Below are positions 20,442 to 31,561 of a stretch of 64,000 nucleotides of DNA, piece by piece. This DNA is from an uncultured Clostridia bacterium (GTDB lineage Bacteria > Bacillota > Clostridia > TANB77 > CAG-508). Both the position numbers and the translations under genes were made by a program. Below the pieces are notes generated by a model that had not been told where the DNA came from, made no database searches, and worked only from the letters and a program-made list of their open reading frames with translations. Location: positions 720 through 64,719 of the forward strand of contig CANRKA010000002.1 of the NCBI GenBank assembly GCA_947631025.1, given 5' to 3'. Each line of letters opens with the position of its first letter. The first letter of the stretch is position 1.

Positions 20442-21710
20442 TTATTTTTCTGTAACTTTAACAGTTTCAACTTTATTTGCTTTTGTTACATCTGTAATTT
20501 TAATATTTCTATTATGTTCAATCTTTTCCCATGTTGTTTCTCTTTTAAATAAACATTTAAAGTTTATTGCAATCCATGTTGCCATAAAAAATGGATAACA
20601 TAGTATTTGTTTTGCCATTGGTTTTAATGGTCTTCCATCTAATTTCATTATAAATACTGCAAGTAATATTGGTAAGAAAAATGTTGGAACAATATACATT
20701 GCATAATTTAATAATAATTCTGCTCCAGACATTTGACCTGCTAAGTAAATAAACATATTAATTGCAAGTAATGCAAGTGTTGTAATAAACATTGGAATAC
20801 TACCAACTATATATAAAAATCCATCTATACTTTTTAAATCTTTGTGCTCTTTTATTCCATTTATTAAACTACCTGTATATTTTTTCATACATTGAATATG
20901 TCCTACTGTCCATCTTGAACGTTGTGACCAAGATTGCTTAAAACCTGTTGGTTGTTCATCATAAACAATTGCATCTGTTGCCCATCCAACTCTACTGCCT
21001 TCTATAATTCTTTTTAATGAAAATTCTATATCTTCTGTAAGTGTTTCTGTATCCCATCCATTTGGTTTTATAATATCAAATCTTACCATAAAACCTGTTC
21101 CATTTAATAGAGCAGATAGTCCCAAATTATATCTAGATAAATGATATAATCTGTGCATCATCCAATAAAATAATGCATATCCACCAGTAATCCAATTGTC
21201 TGTAGGATTTTTAATATCTCTATAGCCCTGAACTACATCTTCACCTTGGCAAAGTTTTCTATTCATATTTTTTGTAAAATCTTTATCTACTATATTATCT
21301 GCATCAAATACAAAGAATGCATCATAATCTGCCTTTTCTTCTATTTTTTGTTTTAAAAACCAATTAAGCGCATATCCTTTTGTTTTTTTATTAGCATCAA
21401 ATCTTTCATAAACTATAGCACCTGCATCTTTTGCTATTTGTGCAGTATTATCTGTACAGTTATCTGCTATAACGTATATATCTAATAAATTTTTATCATA
21501 ATTTTGATTTTTTAAGCTTTCTACTAAGTTTGCAACAACTGCTTCTTCATTATGTGCTGGTATTATTGCCATAAATTTATGATTTTTTTCTATTTTTAAT
21601 GGTTTATCTTTTAATTTAACAAGAGAACAAATACTAACCATAATTTGATATAACCAAAATATAGTTAAAACCCATATAATAGCCTGTTGAATTACATATA
21701 AAAATTCCAT
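20442..21710 (-). CDS. Family 2 processive beta-glycosyltransferase (PgaC/IcaA/cellulose-synthase-like)
   Basis: N-terminal TM helix, GT2 core (IIPAHNEE, DADN, TEDIEF), the QRSRWTVG (QxxRW) motif and C-terminal TM helices. Confidence 0.8.
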   Translation of the reverse strand: MEFLYVIQQAIIWVLTIFWLYQIMVSICSLVKLKDKPLKIEKNHKFMAIIPAHNEEAVVANLVESLKNQNYDKNLLDIYVIADNCTDNTAQIAKDAGAIVYERFDANKKTKGYALNWFLKQKIEEKADYDAFFVFDADNIVDKDFTKNMNRKLCQGEDVVQGYRDIKNPTDNWITGGYALFYWMMHRLYHLSRYNLGLSALLNGTGFMVRFDIIKPNGWDTETLTEDIEFSLKRIIEGSRVGWATDAIVYDEQPTGFKQSWSQRSRWTVGHIQCMKKYTGSLINGIKEHKDLKSIDGFLYIVGSIPMFITTLALLAINMFIYLAGQMSGAELLLNYAMYIVPTFFLPILLAVFIMKLDGRPLKPMAKQILCYPFFMATWIAINFKCLFKRETTWEKIEHNRNIKITDVTKANKVETVKVTEK

Positions 21711-21910
21711 TTTTTACCTCTTTCAAATTAATATACTACTTTTATTATTATATATTATTTTGCCATCTTTTATATTATACTATTATATAAAAAAAATGGC
21801 AATATTTTTCAAAAAATTTATAAATAAATTGTTTGAATATTGCATTTAATTTTTATTTGACGATAAATTGTTTAAAGGGTAGCTTATAAGCTACCCTTTA
21901 TAGTTAAATC

Positions 21911-22165
21911 CTATTTATGATGTTTTTTATTGCAATTGCATATTAAAATTATTGCTTGAATAATTGATAAAATTCCTAGTACAATTGCTAAAACAATAAC
22001 CGCTGGAAGTGCTGCTAAGATTGTTGCAGATATAGCTGCTCCAATTATTGCTCCAATTACTCCTACAAATAAAGTTATTAATATTCCAAATATAATACCC
22101 ATACAATAACATTTATTTTCTTTCTTTTTTCCATAACATTCTTTTACTTCATATTCTTCTATCAT
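21911..22165 (-). CDS. Small Cys-flanked membrane protein
   Basis: 84 aa with two hydrophobic helices between Cys-containing termini (CYCM ... CNCNKKHHK). A palindromic hairpin lies downstream (21874-21899). Confidence 0.45.
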   Translation of the reverse strand: MIEEYEVKECYGKKKENKCYCMGIIFGILITLFVGVIGAIIGAAISATILAALPAVIVLAIVLGILSIIQAIILICNCNKKHHK

Positions 22166-22260
22166 TAATTCTACCTCCTACCACACCAATAAGGTGTTAG
22201 TATATTATATGTAGAATTTTTATTTTTTGTTTACATAGTTTTACATTTTTATAAATTATG

Positions 22261-23571
<1,311 letters not shown>

Positions 23572-23626
23572 TTATATATTTTTATTGATAGAAAAGTTTT
23601 TAAAAAATTTTAATTTCAATTCGTTT

Positions 23627-24634
23627 TTAATAATTTAATTTCATTGCTTCTTTTATTCTTAACATATTTTCTTTTGCTATTTTTCTTGCATGTTTTGTAC
23701 CTTCCATAAGTATTTCTTTTACTAATTCTGGTCTTTCTTCATAATATCTTCTTTTTTCTCTTATTGGTTCTAATTCATTAATTATATTTTTTATTAGTTG
23801 TTTTTTACATGCAACACAACCTCTTGTGCCTGCTCTACATTCTTTCATAATTTCTTCTAATTCTTCATTACTTTTTGTAAATAATTTATGATAATATGAA
23901 ACCATACATATATTAGGATTTCCTGGGTCATCTTTTTTTATTCTTCCTGGGTCTGTTACTGCACTCATAACCTTTTTTGTTATTTCTTCGTCTGTATCTG
24001 ATAAGTATATAGCATTTCCTAAAGATTTACCCATTTTTTCATTTCCATCTAAACCTTTTATTCTTTTTGCATTAGATAAAATTGCTTTTGGTTCTAAAAG
24101 AGTTTGCCCATATATAGAGTTAAATTTTCTTACTATTTCTCTACATTGTTCTATTAAAGGTAATTGGTCTTCTCCTACTGGAACTATTGTACCATTTAGT
24201 GCTGTTATATCTGCTGCTTGACTTACAGGGTAACCTAAAAATCCATATGTAACACTTTCCCCAAAAAGTTCCTTTTTTTGTGCTATTTCTGTTTTTACAG
24301 TTGGATTTCTTTGTAATCTAGAAACTGTTACTAAATTAGAATAAAATACTGTAAGTTCTGCAACTTCTGGAATCATAGATTGTAAGTATATAGTTGCTTT
24401 ATTAGGGTCTACACCTACAGCTAAATTATCCATAACAATTTCTTTAACATTTTTTTGAACCTTTTCAGGATTATTAAAATTATCTGTTAATGCTTGAACA
24501 TCTGCAACTAATATAAATGTTTCGTACTCATTTTGTAGTTTTACTCTATTTTGTAATGAGCCAAAGTAATGTCCAATGTGTAATCTTCCTGTTGGTCTAT
24601 CTCCAGTTACAATTCTATCTTTCTTTTCTAACAT
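23627..24634 (-). CDS. trpS: Tryptophanyl-tRNA synthetase
   Basis: Class I motifs (TGRLHIGHY as HIGH, KMGKS as KMSKS), 335 aa. Confidence 0.92.
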   Translation of the reverse strand: MLEKKDRIVTGDRPTGRLHIGHYFGSLQNRVKLQNEYETFILVADVQALTDNFNNPEKVQKNVKEIVMDNLAVGVDPNKATIYLQSMIPEVAELTVFYSNLVTVSRLQRNPTVKTEIAQKKELFGESVTYGFLGYPVSQAADITALNGTIVPVGEDQLPLIEQCREIVRKFNSIYGQTLLEPKAILSNAKRIKGLDGNEKMGKSLGNAIYLSDTDEEITKKVMSAVTDPGRIKKDDPGNPNICMVSYYHKLFTKSNEELEEIMKECRAGTRGCVACKKQLIKNIINELEPIREKRRYYEERPELVKEILMEGTKHARKIAKENMLRIKEAMKLNY

Positions 24635-24747
24635 ATCATTCTCCTTTTTTCTCTTAAAAGTATTGTTATTATATCATTTATTAATATCTATTTCAAGAAA
24701 AATAGAAGCTAAAAAATTCTAACTTCTATATTAACTAATATATTACT

Positions 24748-25288
24748 TTATATTAATTTTATAAGATATATTACAACATCTTTACCAAGATAGTTTGCTG
24801 TTGAATACAAACTTATTCCATTATCATTAAATTGTATTAGAACACAGTTTGTAGAATATGTATATGGCAACATATTATGATTTCCACTATCATCTATCCA
24901 ATATCCCTCTATAATACAATTATCCTTATTAAATCCTTCAGGATAATCTGCAACTTTAGTCCATTGACTAGCTTTACTTGGATTTTTCACTTCTATTTTT
25001 ACAATGTCTGTAGTACTAGCTCTATTTCCAGATGTTTCGTATTCTTCTAATTTATTTTCTAAATTTGCTAATTCTTCAGTTTCAGTATTTTGAGCATTAT
25101 TTGTTTTCTCTTTTGCAAGTTGTGCCTTTGCTATTATTCCATCATTACCTAAAACTGTATTTAAAACTACTCCCGCTAAAATTAAAAGCACTATTATTGT
25201 AATTACCAGTGCAATTAATGTTACTCCCTTTGCGTTTTTTAGAATACCGCGCTCTCTTCCTCTCTCTTAGAGCTTCAACTACTTTCAT
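24748..25288 (-). CDS. Type IV pilin-like protein (prepilin-type N-terminus); needs a +1 shift at in-frame CGG 25247-25249
   Basis: ggagg SD + ATG at 25288. MKVVEALRERKRA-G-ILKNAKGVTLIALVITIIVLLILAGVVLNTVLGNDGIIAKAQ restores the conserved leader and hydrophobic helix. The downstream frame has no start codon before mid-helix. 541 nt = 3n+1. Confidence 0.75.
25247..25249 (-). other. In-frame CGG at the frame junction (+1 onto GGT) in the pilin-like gene
   Basis: mRNA sense: aag aga gcg CGG tat tct. The +1 frame reads ggt att cta aaa aac gca aag gga gta aca. Confidence 0.7.
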
Positions 25289-25448
25289 CTTTTGTTACCT
25301 CCAAATACTTTTAATCTTTTTCAAATTATACACTAAATATATATCTAAATGCAATAATTTGCAAAAGAAAAATATATGTTTTATTCATTAAAACATATAT
25401 TTTTCTTGCAATTAACTTAAATTCATAAACAAAAAATAATTATATTTT

Positions 25449-26006
25449 TTATATATCATAAAAATATGTTGCTTCTAAATCTGCTTCGTGAAGTAGCAAT
25501 GCAAGTGGATATTTTTTAAATGCATTTCCTAAAGTTGTATATTGTTCTTTAGGTTCTGTAAATCCCATATGCCAACGTATACAATATTTTTCTTCTGGTG
25601 TCATTTTTATATATTCTGTAAGCATCATTACAGATTTTTCCCCATGTCCATAAGGGATTGTATCTTCTACTGTATAGTATGGTACTTTTTCCCATTCTCC
25701 TCTTGCATTTTTAGCATTTCTATAATCTACTTTATAGAAATTTACTTTGCATATATCATGTAGTAAAGCTATTATTTTTATTGTATCTTCTGTAGTTTCA
25801 ATATCTTTTATGCAATTTGCTACTTTGTGTTTTAATATTTCATATACTTTCATACTATGTTCTAAAAGTCCACCTTCATATGAGCCATGAAATCTTGTAC
25901 TTGCAGGCGCTGTGAAAAAGTCTGTTTTATTTTCTATAAAATCTATTAATTCTTCCATTCCCTCTCTATTTATTTCTTTTAGTAATTTTAAAAATTCTTC
26001 TTTCAT
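25449..26006 (-). CDS. HD-domain phosphohydrolase
   Basis: 185 aa with an HD signature (LLHDICK, RFHG..., HMG). Confidence 0.7.
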   Translation of the reverse strand: MKEEFLKLLKEINREGMEELIDFIENKTDFFTAPASTRFHGSYEGGLLEHSMKVYEILKHKVANCIKDIETTEDTIKIIALLHDICKVNFYKVDYRNAKNARGEWEKVPYYTVEDTIPYGHGEKSVMMLTEYIKMTPEEKYCIRWHMGFTEPKEQYTTLGNAFKKYPLALLLHEADLEATYFYDI

Positions 26007-26087
26007 TTAATTGTTTCCTTTCTTTTTATAAAATTATTATATTTTATTGCTGTAAAGTAAAAAGTAAATTTTTAAGTTTTATATATT

Positions 26088-26879
26088 TTAAAGTTCTATT
26101 TTATTTATTTTTAAACTTTTATTTAGCAATTTTTCTGCTACATTTATAAAATTACATTCTGTGTCTGTTAAATTTATACTATAATTTTCTTTGTTTGTTA
26201 TAGTATTTTCCATATTATTTTTATTTAAATATTCTTTTAAATATTTTGCCATTTGTTTACCTGTATTAATTATTTCTACATTATTTCCTAATTCTTGTTT
26301 TATTAGTTCTTCAAATAATGGATAATGTGTACATCCTAAAATTATTTTTTCTATTTTAGTATCTTTAAAATCTTTCATATATTCTTTTATTGCCATTTTT
26401 GCTACTTCATTTTTAGTCCATCCTTCTTCTGCCATTTGAGCTAATAATGGTGTTTCTTTAGATATTATGTATGTATTATTATTCTTTTGTTTTATTTGTT
26501 TTTCCCATTCTCCGCTTCTTATTGTTCCTTTTGTAGCAATTATTCCTACATTTTTAGTATCGTTATTTATGCAATTTAATATTGTAGGTTCTATTATACC
26601 TATAATTGGTACTTTATATATTTGTTTTAATTCTTCTAAAGCTTGACTTGTAGCTGTTCCACAGGCTATTACAATTAGCTTTACATTTTGAGATACTAAA
26701 TAATTTACTATTTGCTTAGATATTTGTATTATAGATTCTTTAGATTTACTACCATATGGAAATCTTTTTGTATCTCCTATATATATAATTTCTTCATTTG
26801 GTAATTGTTTTATAATTTCAGAAAAAACAGTTAGTCCGCCAACTCCTGAATCAAATATACCTATTTTCCTATTATCCAT
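26088..26879 (-). CDS. murI: Glutamate racemase
   Basis: GIFDSGVGGLTV, IACGTAT and LGCTHYP catalytic Cys motifs. Confidence 0.93.
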   Translation of the reverse strand: MDNRKIGIFDSGVGGLTVFSEIIKQLPNEEIIYIGDTKRFPYGSKSKESIIQISKQIVNYLVSQNVKLIVIACGTATSQALEELKQIYKVPIIGIIEPTILNCINNDTKNVGIIATKGTIRSGEWEKQIKQKNNNTYIISKETPLLAQMAEEGWTKNEVAKMAIKEYMKDFKDTKIEKIILGCTHYPLFEELIKQELGNNVEIINTGKQMAKYLKEYLNKNNMENTITNKENYSINLTDTECNFINVAEKLLNKSLKINKIEL

Positions 26880-27001
26880 TTTTGCCTCCCTTTGCTATTT
26901 TATATTATTCAATATAATAACAAATAATAACAATTTTTTCAAATATACATAAAATATACTAAGGTATTTACCTAATATATTTTGAAAGGATTTAGATATT
27001 T

Positions 27002-27457
27002 ATGGAATGTAATAAACCAATGTGTCCAGTTGTTGGAGTTGAAGGCTTTATTGAAAGTGGTAAACAATTCGATTTAGATATAACATTACCAGAAGATAAC
27101 AGAAATGTTATATATGGAGTTGTAAGAGACTGCTATAAAGAGCCAGTATGTGATGCAGTAGTAAAATTAATTGAAGTTGTAAAAGATTGCGGAAAAGAAG
27201 AAAAAAGACCTGTTTCTCATACATTTACAGATAAAGACGGAAGTTTTGTATTTGGACCACTTTGTCCAAATAAATACTATGAAGTACAAATATGGGTAAA
27301 TCAAGTAAAACATTATAAAATATGCGCAGATTGCAAGCATGTAGGAAAATGCTTACAAGGCGAAAAAATAGATTGTTGTGACTACGATTTAAGACCAGAA
27401 AAACCATGTTGCCCAAGAGAAGAATGTGATATTGAAGAAGAAGATATTGAAAAATAA
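27002..27457 (+). CDS. Cys-rich small protein with a carboxypeptidase-regulatory-like beta domain
   Basis: 151 aa with many cysteines. The segment GVVRD...PVCDAVVKL...TFTDKDGSFVF...YEV resembles the CarboxypepD_reg fold. The C-terminal tail is acidic. Confidence 0.5.
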   Translation: MECNKPMCPVVGVEGFIESGKQFDLDITLPEDNRNVIYGVVRDCYKEPVCDAVVKLIEVVKDCGKEEKRPVSHTFTDKDGSFVFGPLCPNKYYEVQIWVNQVKHYKICADCKHVGKCLQGEKIDCCDYDLRPEKPCCPREECDIEEEDIEK

Positions 27458-27520
27458 AATTTTTTTACTTTTAAAATAATTAAATAAGAGTAAGACGAAT
27501 TTAGTCTTACTCTTAAAAAT

Positions 27521-27910
27521 TTAAAATATGTTCTTAAACATAAAGTTATACTTTTCTTCAATATGTTCTAATATAAAAATAGTATTTTCTATTTTAGGTA
27601 CAGTTTCTTCGTAATTTTTTTCTTCTATATAGCCTTTAATTTCAAATAGTTCGCTTTCTATTTTTTCTAATTCGTCATGTTCTATATAATATTCTAACTT
27701 TCCTTTATATTTTTTCCACATAACAAAAATATCTTCTGTAATTTTTTTAATATTTTCTTCATTTACCTCATCTTTATCAATTTGCTTACTTATTTCATTT
27801 AACTTTATTTTTAAATTTTCTACGCTTTCTTTTGTATAATTTTGAGTAATTATATTTAGTGTTGTTATTAATAGTAGTATTAATATAATAATTATTATTT
27901 CTTTTTTCAT
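27521..27910 (-). CDS. DUF4363-like protein
   Basis: 129 aa with an N-terminal TM helix, lying directly downstream of a DUF421 gene, which is the usual pairing. Confidence 0.55.
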   Translation of the reverse strand: MKKEIIIIILILLLITTLNIITQNYTKESVENLKIKLNEISKQIDKDEVNEENIKKITEDIFVMWKKYKGKLEYYIEHDELEKIESELFEIKGYIEEKNYEETVPKIENTIFILEHIEEKYNFMFKNIF

Positions 27911-27915
27911 TTTAC

Positions 27916-28620
27916 TTAAGTCTCCTTTTTTTGGCAGAATATATTACCTTTTCCGTCATAAGTTACAACTAAAGCTTCTTCAGATGAAATATTAAAATGT
28001 TCTAGTTGTTTTTTTAGCCATTTCTCATTTTTACCAATTTTCTCTAAATTTTTTCTCATAATTTCTCCATCAATTACTAAGTCATAAGGGATTCCTTCAT
28101 ATTCTGGCATAATATTAAAATCTTCTGGTGTTGTATTTCTTTTATTTGGTTTTTGTATAACGCTTATTTGTCCACTTGTTTCTAAAATAGCATATTCTAC
28201 ATCTCCTAAATTATATACATTTTCTGCACGTAATCTTTCTTCTAGCTCGTTTATTGTTATTTTTTCTTTTATTAGTGCTTTTTCATCTATTTTTCCTCTA
28301 TATATTAAAATTTGCGGTTTTCCACAAATTATTTCTCTAAATCTAATACTTTTCATATTAAGGATTGAAATAAATAAATGCATAAGTAACAGTCCTAAAA
28401 TAGGAATTATTCCATTTGTAAGCGGAATTCCAAGTTCTGCCATGGGAACTGCTGCTAAATCTGCTATCATAATTGAAATTGCAAGTTCAAAAGGTTGCAA
28501 TTGTCCTATTTCTCGTTTTCCCATAAGTCTCATAACTATTAATACTAAAATATACAATATAATAGTTCTTACAAAAATTGTTAACATTTTTTTCTCCTTA
28601 TTTTTTCTTATTTTTCGCAA
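27916..28620 (-). CDS. DUF421 (YetF-like) membrane protein
   Basis: MRLMGKREIGQLQPFELAISIMIADLA signature with N-terminal TM helices. Confidence 0.75.
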   Translation of the reverse strand: MRKIRKNKEKKMLTIFVRTIILYILVLIVMRLMGKREIGQLQPFELAISIMIADLAAVPMAELGIPLTNGIIPILGLLLMHLFISILNMKSIRFREIICGKPQILIYRGKIDEKALIKEKITINELEERLRAENVYNLGDVEYAILETSGQISVIQKPNKRNTTPEDFNIMPEYEGIPYDLVIDGEIMRKNLEKIGKNEKWLKKQLEHFNISSEEALVVTYDGKGNIFCQKKET

Positions 28621-28760
28621 ATTTATATAAATTATACAGTTTGCATAATAAATATTTTTTTGTAAATAATATTAATTGAAACAAAACTTTTTTGTTTCTA
28701 AACTTTAAAATGATATTTAATTTATCATGATTTTTCTCTTTTAAAGGAGGGTAAACTAAT

Positions 28761-29139
28761 ATGGCAAACACACGGAAGTAATTCACAGTCTGAAAGTTCT
28801 ATGGGTATGGTTGGTCAAATTATTTGGCGTTTAGTAACATCTGCTATAGTACTTGCAATTACTGCATTCTTTACTCCTGGTTTTTCTATTAATAACTTTT
28901 GGACATTAGCAATTGCAGCTATTGTTTTAACAGTAATAGATTATCTAATAGTAAAATTTACAGGTCTTCAAGTAAGTAGTTTTGGTAAAGGATTTGTTGG
29001 TTTTGTATTGGCAGCTATAACATTATATGTTACACAATTCTTTGTAGCTGGTTATACTGTTTCATGGATGGCCGCAATTATAGGTGCTTTAATATATGGT
29101 GTTATAGATTACTTTATACCTGGTGAACAAAGCGTATAA
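28761..29139 (+). CDS. YvlD/phage-holin-4_2-like membrane protein; needs a +1 shift at in-frame CGG 28773-28775
   Basis: A strong SD (aaaggaggg) serves the ATG at 28761, whose frame stops after 6 codons (atg gca aac aca CGG aag taa). The +1 frame gives MANT-G-SNSQSESSMGMVGQIIW... and joins 28801..29139. The ATG at 28801 has no SD. Confidence 0.65.
28773..28775 (+). other. In-frame CGG at the frame junction (+1 onto GGA), codon 5 of the holin-like gene
   Basis: aca CGG aag taa. The +1 frame reads gga agt aat tca cag. Confidence 0.6.
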
Positions 29140-29150
29140 CAACAAAAAAA

Positions 29151-29179
29151 GAATTGATATTTTTATCAATTCTTTTTTT
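29151..29179. terminator. Bidirectional terminator (holin-like gene / rluB)
   Basis: gaattgata-tttt-tatcaattc stem flanked by aaaaaaa and ttttttt. Confidence 0.75.
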
Positions 29180-29230
29180 ATAAGATATAATGCTTTTATA
29201 ATTTAAATTAAAGATAACAAATATTAGCTT

Positions 29231-29950
29231 TTAATTTTTAAATGATTCTACTTCGCTTTGAGTTAAATATCTCCATTTTCCTATTTCTAAATTATTAACT
29301 GTTATTTGTCCTATTTTTGCTCTGTGCAGAGCAAGCACTTTTTTATTTATTGCACTGCACATTTTTCTAACTTGTCTATTTTTTCCTTCGTGTATTGTAA
29401 TTTGAATTCTTGAGATATTTTTTTCTTTTTCTATTTTTAATATTTTAACATTAGCAGGTTTTGTTTTATAATCTTCATCTATAATTACACCATTTTCTAA
29501 ATTGTTTATATCTTCGTTTGTTATAATTCCTTTTACTGTTACATTATATGTTTTGTTTATTTCATGACTTGGATGTGTAAGTTTATTAACAAATTCGCCG
29601 TCATTTGTTAGTATTAGCGCTCCAGATGTATACATATCTAATCTTCCAACTGGAACTATTCTTTCTTTTACTTTTACTAAGTTTAAAACAGTATCTCTTT
29701 CAAATTGGTCTTTAACTGTAGTTACATATCCTATTGGTTTATTTAGTAAAATATATATTTTTTTAGAATTATTTTTAATTTTTTTATTTTCAAATTCAAC
29801 TACATCATTTTCTATATTTATTTTTGTACCAAGTTTTGAAATTACTTTACCATTTACTTTAACTTTTCCTTGTAAAATATATTCTTCACATTTTCTTCTT
29901 GAAGCAATTCCTGAATCTGCTAAAAATTTTTGTAATCTAACTTCTTCCAT
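29231..29950 (-). CDS. rluB: RsuA/RluB family rRNA pseudouridine synthase
   Basis: S4 domain (RLQKFLADSGIASRR) and GRLD catalytic motif. The ATG at 29950 is preferred over the GTG at 29968. Confidence 0.85.
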   Translation of the reverse strand: MEEVRLQKFLADSGIASRRKCEEYILQGKVKVNGKVISKLGTKINIENDVVEFENKKIKNNSKKIYILLNKPIGYVTTVKDQFERDTVLNLVKVKERIVPVGRLDMYTSGALILTNDGEFVNKLTHPSHEINKTYNVTVKGIITNEDINNLENGVIIDEDYKTKPANVKILKIEKEKNISRIQITIHEGKNRQVRKMCSAINKKVLALHRAKIGQITVNNLEIGKWRYLTQSEVESFKN

Positions 29951-30078
29951 TTTTCTAAAAATTTCCACCTTTTTTTTGTATCTTTTTTTTAATTTTTGTA
30001 TATTATATATTATAAGATAGTTTTGTTTTTATTTTCTTTTTATGCTGTTTTTAATAGTGTAAAAAGTTTATATAGATT

Positions 30079-30102
30079 ATCCGGTGTTTTTTTACGCCGG
30101 AT
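30079..30102. other. GC-clamped hairpin (atccggtg-N8-cgccggat), possible terminator
   Basis: 8-bp stem with one G-U pair. The T-run is only on the plus-strand side. It lies between rluD and rluB. Confidence 0.4.
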
Positions 30103-30142
30103 TTGATTTTTTTAATATTATATTAATTATTATAAAATTTTT

Positions 30143-31055
30143 TTAGCTTTTACATTTTAAATTATTTAAAACATCTTCAAAATATTTTGGTAATGGTGCT
30201 ATAACTTCCATCTGTTTATTAGTTGTAGGATGCTTAAATTCAATTTTCCAACTATGTAACATTTGTCCTTTTACTCCAAATTCATTTTTTCCATTTGAGT
30301 AAACCTCATCTCCAACAATTGGGTAACCTATTTTAGATAAATGTACACGAATTTGATGTGTTCTTCCTGTCTCTAAATTTATTTTTAAGTATGTATTATT
30401 TTCAAATCTTTCTAAAACTTTAAAATGCGTTATTGCTTCTTTTCCGTTTTTTACTACAGCCATTTTCTTTCTATCTGTAAGGCTTCTACCTATAGGCATA
30501 TTTATTGTTGCTTCGTTTTCTTTAATAATTCCTCTTACTAGTGCTAAATATGTCTTTTTTACTTTTCTGTCTTTTATTTGTTTACTTAAGTTTAAGTGTG
30601 CTTTGTCGTTTTTTGCAACTATTAATACGCCTGATGTATCTTTATCTAATCTGTGGACTATTCCTGGACGAATTTCTCCGCCTATACCGGACAAATCCCC
30701 GCTCGCATATTTTCATTAAAGCATTTACTAATGTTCCATCTGGATTTCCATTTGCAGGATGAACAACTAATCCTTTTGGCTTATTTACAACTATAATATC
30801 TTTGTCCTCGTATAAAACTTCAATAGGAATATCTTGTGGCTTAATTGTAGCTTGTTTAACCTCTGGTATATTTATTGTTATTTTATCATTTATATTTACT
30901 TTATATGATGTTTTAACAATTTTTTCGTTTACCTTTATATTTCCATTTCCTATTAATTTTTGTGCTGTAACTCTTGTAATATTTTTATTTAGCATTGGAA
31001 CTATTTTATCTATTCTATTGTTTGAATTTTCTTTATTTATTATGTATGTTTCCAA
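30143..31055 (-). CDS. rluD: RluA/RluD family 23S rRNA pseudouridine synthase; needs a +1 shift at in-frame CGG 30699-30701
   Basis: The track splits it into 30642..31055 (S4 domain and the start of the catalytic domain) and 30143..30694. Joined it reads [44 protein letters not shown]. 913 nt = 3n+1, 303 aa. Confidence 0.87.
30699..30701 (-). other. In-frame CGG at the frame junction (+1 onto GGG) in rluD
   Basis: mRNA sense: ata tgc gag CGG gga ttt. The +1 frame reads ggg gat ttg tcc ggt ata ggc gga. Confidence 0.75.
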
Positions 31056-31073
31056 ATAAATTCTCCTTATAAA

Positions 31074-31559
31074 TTATTTATTTATATTTTCTTTTCTAAC
31101 TTTTATGGCAAATAGTGCAAAAAATACTGCAAGTAAAATCCATCCTAAAATAATTAATATATCAGCTATATTAATTACTGGTATAAATTTTAATATTGGC
31201 GTAAAATCTATAAACTTAACAACATAACCTCTAAAAAGCCTATCTATTAAATTTCCAATAGCACCAGCTATTATTAAGCATAGTGCGCCATAGGTTTTCC
31301 CGTCTATTTGTTCTTTTTGCATTTTCATAAATTTAAATATAATTCCTAAAACAATTACATTTGTAATAATAAATGTAATTGTTCCTTTTTGTCCTACACC
31401 AAAGCTTCCTTCAATACTTTGTTTATAATTTATATTTAAAACTCCTGGTATTAAAGTACTTGTTTTTTCTATACATAAAACTTTTGTAACTTGGTCTAAT
31501 GCCAATAATACAATAATTACTGCTATTATAATAATTAAATTTTTTTTATTTTTATTCAT
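31074..31559 (-). CDS. lspA: Lipoprotein signal peptidase II
   Basis: 161 aa, 4 TM helices, with the motifs GAIGNLIDR and FNIADI-like (INIADILI). Confidence 0.88.
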   Translation of the reverse strand: MNKNKKNLIIIIAVIIVLLALDQVTKVLCIEKTSTLIPGVLNINYKQSIEGSFGVGQKGTITFIITNVIVLGIIFKFMKMQKEQIDGKTYGALCLIIAGAIGNLIDRLFRGYVVKFIDFTPILKFIPVINIADILIILGWILLAVFFALFAIKVRKENINK

Positions 31560-31561
31560 TT

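Noticed and set aside
24635-24747. T-box leader for trpS.
   Set aside because: Only about 110 nt are available, there is no T-box core sequence (no ggtggtaccgcg-like motif), and only a weak hairpin is present.
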